DNA of 32,000 nt, taken from contig JAEOSH010000003.1 in the NCBI GenBank assembly GCA_016840465.1, positions 30,001 to 62,000 of the forward strand, read 5' to 3'. Made by a program: the position numbers and the translations under genes. Positions 17,516 to 25,927 of the stretch are shown here, in pieces; position 1 is the stretch's first letter, and each line of letters begins with the position of its first letter. A model generated the notes under the pieces. That model was given only the letters and a program-made list of their open reading frames with translations. It searched no databases and was not told the DNA's origin. The stretch is from Candidatus Baldrarchaeum yapensis. GTDB lineage: Archaea > Asgardarchaeota > Baldrarchaeia > Baldrarchaeales > Baldrarchaeaceae.

Positions 17516-18802
17516 TCATGCTGGTACCAGTTTTGTACTGCGCTTGCCCCAGTTTACATCTATCAGGGTAACAGCGCTCGGCACGAACTCATTTATTATT
17601 TCGAATCCTCCATACTCACATATTTTTCTCGAAAACTCAACGATATCGCTATGACGCGGCTGGAAGAGTTCAAACGCCCTCTCACGGGGATAACCCATGC
17701 GCTCGCAGTAGTCGCCCATCCTCCTACGCGCCCCTCCTACATACGTAAAGCCCTTGACCTCCACGAAGTGAGGGTTCGCGTTTTCTATGATCTTCGCATA
17801 CTCCTCCGGTTTTACCATATTTAGATTCTTGACCGCGGTTATTCTAATAACCGTCCTGCATGATAACGTATCCAAAAGTTCTAACGTCCGCATAAGCCTC
17901 CGCCATCCTCTTTCTATCAGTGGCCTGCATACTTCCAGGTATATCTTCTCGTTGGGAGCAGGTAGCGTTATGTAGAGTTGCGAAGGCTCTCTCGATATGT
18001 TTTCGAGAGCCTCCGGAAGGGTACCATTTGAAACTATGAACGTTGTAAAGCCCCGTCTCCGAAACTCCTCCACAAGTTCGCCGATCTGCGGATATAAGAG
18101 TGGCTCGCCCGCGAGCGATATTGCAGCATGCTTTGGCTCGAGAGCCTCCCTATGCACTCTCCTGATATCTGCTGGATTTGCAACTCTGCGTTTTACTAGA
18201 TCCTCGAGATCATCGGTGCTCTCTGCAACCTCCTCGACATCCTTCGACAGAATATAGCGTCCTCCCCCGGCCTCCGCAATAAGACCCTCCCTTAGGAGGT
18301 GTTCGGCGGCCTCTCTGAATTTCCTCCTGGATATTTCTGCCTTTTCAGCAATCTGCACCCCAGTTATTGCTCTTCTTTCCTTCAAAAGCACTTCTAGGAT
18401 CTTTATCATGTTCTCGTAATTTGTCAGAAGCCTATCGATGCTGTAGCGCTCCTGTATCATTCTCTTCTGCGCTGCTATCATTTCCTCCGCAAGGTGGATT
18501 GCATCATCTAATTCGAAACCCTCGAGGGAGGACTCCTTCCATGAGAGCCCCAGGTCGCTTGGTTGCACCCTCCAGCAGAACAGACATCTGTGCGTACAGA
18601 AGTAGAGTACGGGGGTGTTCTGTATGCAGAGGTGGCTCTTAACGCCATAGAATTTCTCTTTATAGCACCCCCTCCTGCCTGTGAAAAGCTTCTGCTCGAG
18701 CCAGTGGCAGGGCTTTATAGCCGCATGCTTTCGCGATCCTACGATTATGTAACCGGGTATGCTTCTGTAGGCGTTTATGTACTCCCCTGGAATCTTCAAC
18801 AT
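17516..18802 (-). CDS. taw1: 4-demethylwyosine synthase TYW1/Taw1 (radical SAM) with internal wHTH insertion
   Basis: HAAIKPCHW, CYKEKFYG..SH.CIQ.TP, CTHRCLFCWR, PKHAAISLAGEP, SNGT, LYITL.AP, EVKGF. GGTGA SD supports ATG at 18802. Confidence 0.93.
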   Translation of the reverse strand: MLKIPGEYINAYRSIPGYIIVGSRKHAAIKPCHWLEQKLFTGRRGCYKEKFYGVKSHLCIQNTPVLYFCTHRCLFCWRVQPSDLGLSWKESSLEGFELDDAIHLAEEMIAAQKRMIQERYSIDRLLTNYENMIKILEVLLKERRAITGVQIAEKAEISRRKFREAAEHLLREGLIAEAGGGRYILSKDVEEVAESTDDLEDLVKRRVANPADIRRVHREALEPKHAAISLAGEPLLYPQIGELVEEFRRRGFTTFIVSNGTLPEALENISREPSQLYITLPAPNEKIYLEVCRPLIERGWRRLMRTLELLDTLSCRTVIRITAVKNLNMVKPEEYAKIIENANPHFVEVKGFTYVGGARRRMGDYCERMGYPRERAFELFQPRHSDIVEFSRKICEYGGFEIINEFVPSAVTLIDVNWGKRSTKLVPA

Positions 18803-18951
18803 ATCATCACCGGCCAAGACCACATAAATCGACGGATTCACTATGGAGTATTTGTGATTCCTACATTTCAAAATATCTGTTAACGTTATACCATCCTTTT
18901 TACAACGTGCTACAAAAATCTTATCTCAAAGAATCTAGCGGTGAGATCACG

Positions 18952-19311
18952 ATGGACAACTACCTCAAGAGATTGGAGGAGGCTCTTGCCTCGGATCCTG
19001 CAAAACGCGCAATCCTCGAAGTCCTCCTCGATGGTGAGTGGCACTCAACTGTCGAAATATGGAGAAAAGTAAGGAGCACAAGAAAGTTTATAGGGCTTGT
19101 CGGAATCGGCACCGCAATCCGTCAAATGGTAAATCTTACTGGGAATGAGATAATAGAATGCAAAAACGGAGTAGATATTTCCGAGTGGAGGTTAAAGCCT
19201 GAAGTTATCGAGGATGTGAGAAAGCTCTTGGAGAATTTCAAGAAGCCGGATAGACACGAAATTAGCAGGGATTACACGGATCTTATACTGAAGGGGCAAA
19301 AGAGCGTATAG
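18952..19311 (+). CDS. Uncharacterised winged-helix protein
   Basis: DPAKRAILEVLLDGEWHSTVEI...EWRLKPE pattern of an ArsR-like wHTH. GGTGAG SD before ATG 18952. Confidence 0.65.
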   Translation: MDNYLKRLEEALASDPAKRAILEVLLDGEWHSTVEIWRKVRSTRKFIGLVGIGTAIRQMVNLTGNEIIECKNGVDISEWRLKPEVIEDVRKLLENFKKPDRHEISRDYTDLILKGQKSV

Positions 19312-19480
19312 TTTCGTCACAAAATGGGGCATTCTTCTTTCGAACAACCAAGTTTTTAGGAGAGATTCCAATCACACATGGAAAAATAGAGGCCGCATCA
19401 TCCTCGCCGCGCCTTGTGACCTCGATACTCAACTGTGTTCCCTTGTCCATTAACTTTAAATTTTCAAAATTCTCATACAA
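19283..19480 (-). CDS. Possible small protein (doubtful)
   Basis: Track ORF of 65 aa with an internal ATG at 19450. Strand purine bias resembles neighbouring genes; no secure family. Confidence 0.25.
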   Translation of the reverse strand: MYENFENLKLMDKGTQLSIEVTRRGEDDAASIFPCVIGISPKNLVVRKKNAPFCDETIRSFAPSV

Positions 19481-19500
19481 ATCCTCTGACAGGAGGTTCT

Positions 19501-19551
19501 ATGCGTGAGGGGTTCTATTCTCATACAAAGGACACGTCCGTAAATCCGTGA
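19501..19551 (+). promoter_or_regulatory. Candidate 16-codon upstream ORF in the leuS leader (MREGFYSHTKDTSVNP)
   Basis: AGGAGG at 19491-19496, four nt before the ATG; TTTAAA box at ~19455. Confidence 0.4.
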
Positions 19552-19602
19552 AAACACGCCTAGTTATCATCACCAGCCCTGCTTCTCCACTAGTTCTGCG
19601 GG

Positions 19603-22509
19603 GTGCTGTTCTTGAGTGGAGAGTTTCTAAATCTACTTAGGAGTATCCAGGAAAAATGGCAAAAAGAATGGGAAAGGAGCCGAATATTCGAAGCAGATCC
19701 TGATCCTTCGAAACCAAAGTTCTTCCTAACAGTAGCATACCCATATCCGGATGCGCCGCAGCACATCGGTCACGGGAGAACTTATAGTCTTGCCGACGCT
19801 TACGCGAGATTCAAGAGAATGCAAGGGTACAACGTACTATTCCCTATGGCCTTCCATTACACGGGAACTCCTATCCTCGCAATTGCAAAGAGACTGGCTC
19901 AAGAAGATAAAGAATTGCTGAGGATATTCAGAGATGTCTTCCACATACCAGAGGAGGTAATAAGAACTCTCACTGAACCCATAAAGCTAGCAAGGTACTT
20001 CCACGAGGAGATAAAGCAAGGAATGAAGGAAATGGGGTACTCTATCGACTGGCGGAGGGAATTCACGACAATAGATCCGCCGTACAACAAGTTCATCATG
20101 TGGCAATTCCACAAACTGCATGAAAAGGGTCTAATAATAAGAGGGCGTCATCCGGTACCTTGGTGCATTTCTTGCGACAACGCGGTTGGTCAGCATGATA
20201 CCCTCGGTGATGTGGAACCAGAAATAGAGGAAGTTACACTATTGAAGTTCAAAATGGCGGAGAATGGCATGATACTGCCTGTAGTTACCTTTAGACCTGA
20301 GACCATATTCGGTGTTACCAACATATGGGTAAACCCGGAGATAGAGTACGTGGTTGCCGATGTGAATGGAGAAACTTGGGTAGTATCCGAAGACGCGGCA
20401 ATGAGGCTGAAATACCAGGGCAGAAAGGTTAAAGAGTTAAGAAGGGTGTCAGGAAGAGAGTTCATCGGAAAAGAGGCAATAAACCCGGTAACTAATGACA
20501 GAATTCCGATACTTCCCGCTACATTCGTAAGCGCCGAGTACGGTACTGGAATAGTAATGTCAGTTCCTGGTCACGCACCTTATGACTATCTGGCGCTCGA
20601 GGACTTGAAGAAAAATGCCGACATGCTAAGAGAGTATGGAGTGGATCCGGAGGTCGTCAAACGCATAGAACCGATTTCCATAATATCGATCGAAGGGTTT
20701 TCGGATATTCCCGCTAAGGACGCCGTCGAACAGCTTGGGGTCAAAAATCAAAATGATCCGAAAGCCGAAGAAGCGACAAAACTAGTCTACGGTAAAGAGT
20801 TCCACATGGGTGTTATGAAGAGCAACACAGGAAAATATGCTGGATTGAAGGTTTCAGAGGCCAAAGAGAGAGTGAGAGAGGACCTGATCGAGGAGGGCAT
20901 TGCAGAGGAGTTCTACGAAATAGTGAACGGGCCAGTGTACTGCAGATGCATGTCAAGAGTTGTCGTTAAGGTTGTGGAAGATCAGTGGTTCATCAACTAT
21001 GGTGACGAGAATTGGAAGGAACTAGCCCGTGAGTGTCTAAGAGAAATGAGAATAGTGCCCGAAGAAATAAGACGAGAATTCGAGGCGTGCATCGATTGGT
21101 TGAAGGCAAAGGCATGTGCACGGAGAAGCGGCCTAGGAACGCCGCTTCCATGGGATCCGAACTGGATAATTGAGAGCCTCAGCGATTCTACAATATACAT
21201 GGCGTACTACACAATCGCAAAGTACATCAATCAGTACGGAATTAAAGGCGATAATCTAAACGATGAAGTCTTCGATTACATCTTCTTAGGAAAGGGAGAT
21301 CCTAAAGAAATATCCGAAAGAACCGGAATACCTGCAGATGTACTGAAGGCAATGAGGGAAGAATTCCTATATTGGTACCCTCTGGACTCGAGACATAGCG
21401 GGAGAGACCTCGTGTGGAATCACCTGACGTTCTTCATATTCAATCACGTCGCGATATTTCCGCGAGAACTATGGCCAAAACAGATAGTTGTAAATGGGTT
21501 CGTAGTTGCCGAAGGCGGTCAGAAAATGAGCAAGTCTCTGGGAAATATAATACCGATCAGGGAAGGTCTGAGAGAGTACTGTGCCGACCCGATCCGTCTA
21601 TTGCTACTTGGCGGTGCTGAACTGCTATCAGACACAGAATTCAGTCCGAAAATTGCGCGCTCAATACTGGCTCGATTGGAGAAGATGTATAGGCTTGCTC
21701 AAAGCGTTAAAGACGCACCTAATATTGAGTTCTCTGACATGGAAATGGACATTTGGGATAAGTGGATAGTCTCACGGGTTCAACGTCACATCATTGAAGC
21801 CACGCGTGCATTGGAAGATTGTCGGATGAGGGATGCCGTCCAACATGCGTTCTATCTGATGGATGCAGATGTATCGAAATATATCGATGCGGTTGGCGAC
21901 GTAAAGAGAAAGGCCTCAATGCTGAAGAAAATCCTAGACATATGGGTTCGTCTGCTGGCGCCATTTGCACCGCATATCTCGGAGGAAATCTGGCATATGC
22001 TCGGCAACGACACATTCGTATCCGTAGCCAAGTGGCCTGAGGCCGATAAAAGACTAATAAATGATAGAATTGAAAAGGCGATAGAATTCATTGACGCGGT
22101 TATCGAGGATCTAAAAGAGGTAAGAAAGCTTCTAAAGAAGGGCGAGCGCGCACACATATACGTCGCGCATGGATGGAAATACGAACTGATGAAGAAAATA
22201 GAAGAGACGATCGCGGAAACGGGTAAGATGGATCCGAAGATATTGATGCGAAGCGTAATGCGGGAAGCTAAATTCAAACAATTCGGAAAGGAGGTTACAA
22301 AGATTGTGCAACAAATCGCGAAAGGCGGCATGTGGACGTGGCTTGAAAGTCCTGAGGAAGAAATGAAAGTATTGGAGGAGACAACTACATACATAGAAAA
22401 GGCGACGGGACTGAAAATAAACATACAAAGCGCAGAGAAACCAGAGTATGACCCACGCAGAAGATCACAGGTGGCGCTACCCGGAAAACCAGCAATCTAT
22501 ATAGAGTAA
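19603..22509 (+). CDS. leuS: Leucyl-tRNA synthetase, archaeal/eukaryotic type
   Basis: HIGH, KMSKS, CP1 editing domain (TFRPET, GTGIVMSVPGHAPYD), SDSTIYMAYYT. TTG at 19612 is an equally likely start. Confidence 0.97.
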   Translation: MLFLSGEFLNLLRSIQEKWQKEWERSRIFEADPDPSKPKFFLTVAYPYPDAPQHIGHGRTYSLADAYARFKRMQGYNVLFPMAFHYTGTPILAIAKRLAQEDKELLRIFRDVFHIPEEVIRTLTEPIKLARYFHEEIKQGMKEMGYSIDWRREFTTIDPPYNKFIMWQFHKLHEKGLIIRGRHPVPWCISCDNAVGQHDTLGDVEPEIEEVTLLKFKMAENGMILPVVTFRPETIFGVTNIWVNPEIEYVVADVNGETWVVSEDAAMRLKYQGRKVKELRRVSGREFIGKEAINPVTNDRIPILPATFVSAEYGTGIVMSVPGHAPYDYLALEDLKKNADMLREYGVDPEVVKRIEPISIISIEGFSDIPAKDAVEQLGVKNQNDPKAEEATKLVYGKEFHMGVMKSNTGKYAGLKVSEAKERVREDLIEEGIAEEFYEIVNGPVYCRCMSRVVVKVVEDQWFINYGDENWKELARECLREMRIVPEEIRREFEACIDWLKAKACARRSGLGTPLPWDPNWIIESLSDSTIYMAYYTIAKYINQYGIKGDNLNDEVFDYIFLGKGDPKEISERTGIPADVLKAMREEFLYWYPLDSRHSGRDLVWNHLTFFIFNHVAIFPRELWPKQIVVNGFVVAEGGQKMSKSLGNIIPIREGLREYCADPIRLLLLGGAELLSDTEFSPKIARSILARLEKMYRLAQSVKDAPNIEFSDMEMDIWDKWIVSRVQRHIIEATRALEDCRMRDAVQHAFYLMDADVSKYIDAVGDVKRKASMLKKILDIWVRLLAPFAPHISEEIWHMLGNDTFVSVAKWPEADKRLINDRIEKAIEFIDAVIEDLKEVRKLLKKGERAHIYVAHGWKYELMKKIEETIAETGKMDPKILMRSVMREAKFKQFGKEVTKIVQQIAKGGMWTWLESPEEEMKVLEETTTYIEKATGLKINIQSAEKPEYDPRRRSQVALPGKPAIYIE

Positions 22510-22520
22510 ACTTTTCTAAA

Positions 22521-23372
22521 CTATTTTTTCTTGCCGATTATGATAATCGATTCCCCAAAATCGCTCAATTTGTTATTTCTACATAGCAGATCTTCCAATT
22601 TTCCCATAATTTTAAGGTATGCCCTAAGTAGAAATCCACGTGCTTTTCTAAGAAAGCGGGGCGGAATAAGTGGAGCAAAGACGTGCATACCTTGCATCCT
22701 TAGGATCTTACCTCCTTGATCCGATAGCAATCGTCTTATGACGTTCACTGAGAAGTAGTATTGCGAGATAAGAAAATCTTTTCCCTGCTCGGAATACACG
22801 AACTCCATTATCTTCACTTCATCTTTCTTCAAAAGTTCCCTTATGGTTTTCTTGGCTGCATCCTTCCCATATATTCCAATCACTCGCCAAAGCGTGTCTA
22901 TGCATTTCCAGTTTTCAAATTCCAGCATGAACATACCATTCGATCTTAGTATCCTCAGCATCTCTTTTATTCCTTCGTGGAAAAACTTTAGGTGATTTAT
23001 AACACCGCCTATGGAAAATGTCATATCAAAAATCCCAGATCTTATTGGGAGACGGTCAGCGGATGCAAGAATTATTCCTCCTCTCCTCATTTCAATCCCA
23101 GTTTTTCTTATTTTGTCCCGCAGAATGCGCAACATTTCTGCGGATACGTCCAAAAAACAGACATCCTTGCCCTTTTCAGCGAGAAATATCAACCCCGGAA
23201 ATCCGGTTCCACAACCTATATCGAGAATGAGGTCACCGGGAGGCTCTATAGACCTGATCTCGCGCTCATAGATCATGTAGAGGTCTTCATCGTAAAGAGT
23301 ACCTGGTAAGTCGTAGAGTTCCGCAACGCTATCATAAAATTCCTTGACCTTTCTTTCCTCGATCATACGCAC
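22521..23372 (-). CDS. Class I SAM-dependent methyltransferase
   Basis: LILDIGCGTG, FLDVSAEML, ADRLPI, FDMTFS, RILRSNG. Confidence 0.88.
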   Translation of the reverse strand: MRMIEERKVKEFYDSVAELYDLPGTLYDEDLYMIYEREIRSIEPPGDLILDIGCGTGFPGLIFLAEKGKDVCFLDVSAEMLRILRDKIRKTGIEMRRGGIILASADRLPIRSGIFDMTFSIGGVINHLKFFHEGIKEMLRILRSNGMFMLEFENWKCIDTLWRVIGIYGKDAAKKTIRELLKKDEVKIMEFVYSEQGKDFLISQYYFSVNVIRRLLSDQGGKILRMQGMHVFAPLIPPRFLRKARGFLLRAYLKIMGKLEDLLCRNNKLSDFGESIIIIGKKK

Positions 23373-23439
23373 TCCTCGTGAGAACGCTATTGAAAATCAC
23401 CAAAAATTGACAATAACGTGGTGCCTTAAAGATAGTGAT

Positions 23440-23457
23440 CGGTGAGAACCCTCACCG
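23440..23457. other. Hairpin CGGTGAG-AACC-CTCACCG in a divergent intergenic region
   Basis: Perfect 7-bp stem with 4-nt loop, just downstream of a TTAAA box at ~23426. Function unknown. Confidence 0.35.
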
Positions 23458-23579
23458 TCACCCCAACCTCTTTGCGGTATCACCCATGTACTCCGGCACA
23501 AAAATAATATTGAAAATCCCTCATCTACTCGTTAGAATTCCTAAGCCTGGCAGTCCATGTGAGAGATCGGTGATGCGGC

Positions 23580-24305
23580 TTGCTAACGATTGGTGCCGTT
23601 GCTGATGTGCACTCACCGAAATACCTGAAGTTGTTTAGGGAGGCAATGGACACACTTGATGTCAGTGCGATCGATCTTATGTTTTTAGCCGGCGATATGA
23701 TATATAAGGGCAGAGTTGAGGAGATGAACAACATAATTGACATTCTCGAACGAAAGGGCGTTAACTGCCCCATTATTGCAGTATTTGGAAATGAAGAATT
23801 CGAAGACAGGCATGAAAAAATTAGAAGGTTGTGTGAAGGAAAAATAATATTCTTGGATGATGAAAGCGTTGTTTTAAACTTAAAAGGCCTCAAGGTTGGT
23901 ATAGTGGGAACTAAGGGCTCACTCGACAAACCCACAACTTGGCAGGCGCGCAATATACCGAATATTCAACAGATATATTCCGAAAGGATAAAGAAAGTGG
24001 ACAATCTGCTTGCAAATTTGAATTCCGACGTTAAGATATTACTAATGCACTATGCGCCGACATATAAGACGCTAAAAGGCGAAAAGACTTCAATATATCC
24101 TCTTCTCGGGTCAAAAAAGTTTGAAGAAGTAATACTCAGGAGGCGCCCTGACCTCGTAATTCATGCTCACGCGCATAACGGGTCGGAATTTGCATCTCTG
24201 AACGGTATACCCGTATATAACGTATCTCTCCCGCTCACGAGGAAAATCTGCATAATAAAGTTGAAGGGTGCCCGAGGCCTCGACGCCTTTATATCGAGGG
24301 GATGA
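23580..24305 (+). CDS. Calcineurin-like metallophosphoesterase
   Basis: ADVH, AGD, GNEE, LLMHYAP, HAHAH. GGTGA SD. Confidence 0.9.
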   Translation: MLTIGAVADVHSPKYLKLFREAMDTLDVSAIDLMFLAGDMIYKGRVEEMNNIIDILERKGVNCPIIAVFGNEEFEDRHEKIRRLCEGKIIFLDDESVVLNLKGLKVGIVGTKGSLDKPTTWQARNIPNIQQIYSERIKKVDNLLANLNSDVKILLMHYAPTYKTLKGEKTSIYPLLGSKKFEEVILRRRPDLVIHAHAHNGSEFASLNGIPVYNVSLPLTRKICIIKLKGARGLDAFISRG

Positions 24306-24586
24306 GTTTGAGGGAGTTCTTAGAAGTTGAAAACTGGGAAGACTTCGTAAAAATAGCCCAGGCCTCGAATCTCGTCATACGCATCGATCCGTACGTGTTT
24401 GTTTACCTTTACGGCCTCATATTCTTCATAGACCTGGGTAAGTTGACATCCGAGGATGTAAAGAACCTATTCCAGGCGTTAAAGGAGAAACTAGTACTGG
24501 TGAAGGGGGTTAAGGTGAGCAGATCGATCTATGAGTTCATCAAGAGGCAATCGGATAAGGGGGATATGAATGAAGGCAATCAGTAA
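24302..24586 (+). CDS. Hypothetical protein, 94 aa
   Basis: ATGA overlap with the upstream gene and overlap with the downstream gene; globular-looking composition. Confidence 0.75.
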   Translation: MSLREFLEVENWEDFVKIAQASNLVIRIDPYVFVYLYGLIFFIDLGKLTSEDVKNLFQALKEKLVLVKGVKVSRSIYEFIKRQSDKGDMNEGNQ

Positions 24587-24995
24587 GATGATTACTATAA
24601 GAACTAGGAGCAGATTCGAGATAATAGACATAACCGCTGAAGTCGAGAAAATCGTAAGAGAAGCAGATGTTGACAACGGCTTCGTGCTAATCCATGAACC
24701 ACACACCACGGCCGCTGTGACAATAAACGAGAACGATCCCTCTCTTTTCACAGATTTCATAAACATTTACACAAAAATAGCCCCACCAAACGGCGAATAT
24801 GAGCATAATAGGAAATATATGGGAATTCCCTCGGAGCAAAACGCCCATGCTCACATAATTTCATCATTGATAAAACCATCGGTGGTGATTCCGGTGATCA
24901 ATGGGAGAATTATGTTAGGGACGTGGCAAAGGGTACTTTTCATCGAGTTGGACGGCCCGAGAACGAGAGAGGTCAACATAATAGTTTATTACTAG
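24570..24995 (+). CDS. yjbQ: YjbQ/UPF0047 protein (secondary thiamine-phosphate synthase family)
   Basis: HTTAAVTINE, YEHN, NAHAHI, LGTWQRVLFIELDGPR.R. Confidence 0.93.
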   Translation: MKAISKMITIRTRSRFEIIDITAEVEKIVREADVDNGFVLIHEPHTTAAVTINENDPSLFTDFINIYTKIAPPNGEYEHNRKYMGIPSEQNAHAHIISSLIKPSVVIPVINGRIMLGTWQRVLFIELDGPRTREVNIIVYY

Positions 24996-25828
24996 CCCTT
25001 AAGTAGCCTCTGAGTTCTCTCAACCGAGAGTCCCAATCTTTCGAGTACCGGAAGGATAGCATCCTTGTGCTCCTTTTTCATACCTTTCCAGTCCAAAATT
25101 GCATATTTGACCTCTTCCACAGTCTTTGAAACGGCCATTTTTATCATGTCCTCTTCCAGTTCGTCGAGCACATATCTAGGAGCTATGTGACTAAGTGCAA
25201 AATCGGTTCTTAAAACAACCTTCGTAAACTGGGGAGCATAATGTGGGCCTCCAAACCCTATAGCTACTTTATACGTTTTTTTCCCAAAGTTCATGCAGGC
25301 ACGCATCACAGCATGTGCAACGGCCTCTGCGGCCTTCTTATCGGACCATTGTTTTTCGGAGCTCCCGAGTTCCACGAAAACCACCGGACTTGAAAGAGAA
25401 GTGGGTCCATGATGAGAAACCTCAAGTGTGACATCATACTCCGACAAATTAAGCCTCTCTTTCTGCTCGGCCAACTCAAGTAACGCCTCCTTGATGGCTA
25501 CAGCCGAGGTGTATGCCAACTCCTTGGCCCTACCTCCCAATGGGGCATTAATGGTCCAATTTCCCGGTGCGTGCACCAGGAGAGCGGGCACTTCCATTTC
25601 CGACTTGTGTCTACTCGCAAAAATAAGCAAATCCGATTTTAGAATGTTATCTATATGCTCCGCCTCCACTAAGTCCTCATTTATGGTCACTAACTCTATT
25701 CCCTCGCACTCGTAAACCGGATGACCTTCTATAACTCTTGTCGTTTCCTTGAAGTCGTATAACTCGATCAAGCGCTCCTTGATGTTCATGCTTGCAATAT
25801 CAGCTGTTGAAGTTATAATTGTCGGCAT
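24992..25828 (-). CDS. dtdA: D-aminoacyl-tRNA deacylase, archaeal/plant DtdA (GEK1) type
   Basis: D.ASMNI, IFASRHKS, LVHAPGN, EVSHHGPT, FVELGSSE..W, GFGGPHYAP. ATG 25828 preferred to the track start 25897. Confidence 0.93.
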   Translation of the reverse strand: MPTIITSTADIASMNIKERLIELYDFKETTRVIEGHPVYECEGIELVTINEDLVEAEHIDNILKSDLLIFASRHKSEMEVPALLVHAPGNWTINAPLGGRAKELAYTSAVAIKEALLELAEQKERLNLSEYDVTLEVSHHGPTSLSSPVVFVELGSSEKQWSDKKAAEAVAHAVMRACMNFGKKTYKVAIGFGGPHYAPQFTKVVLRTDFALSHIAPRYVLDELEEDMIKMAVSKTVEEVKYAILDWKGMKKEHKDAILPVLERLGLSVERTQRLLKG

Positions 25829-25927
25829 CGTAACTTCATCTCCTGACCTATGGGCATCTATATTATCTAGATGTAGAGATATATGTGGTGTGCGCATTCC
25901 GCGTCAGAGCATTAGGAGAGTGGTCAT

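Noticed and set aside
18160-18445. Intein or intron explanation for the TYW1 insert
   Set aside because: No Cys/Ser start with His-Asn end, no LAGLIDADG motif, the frame is open, and the insert reads as a wHTH.
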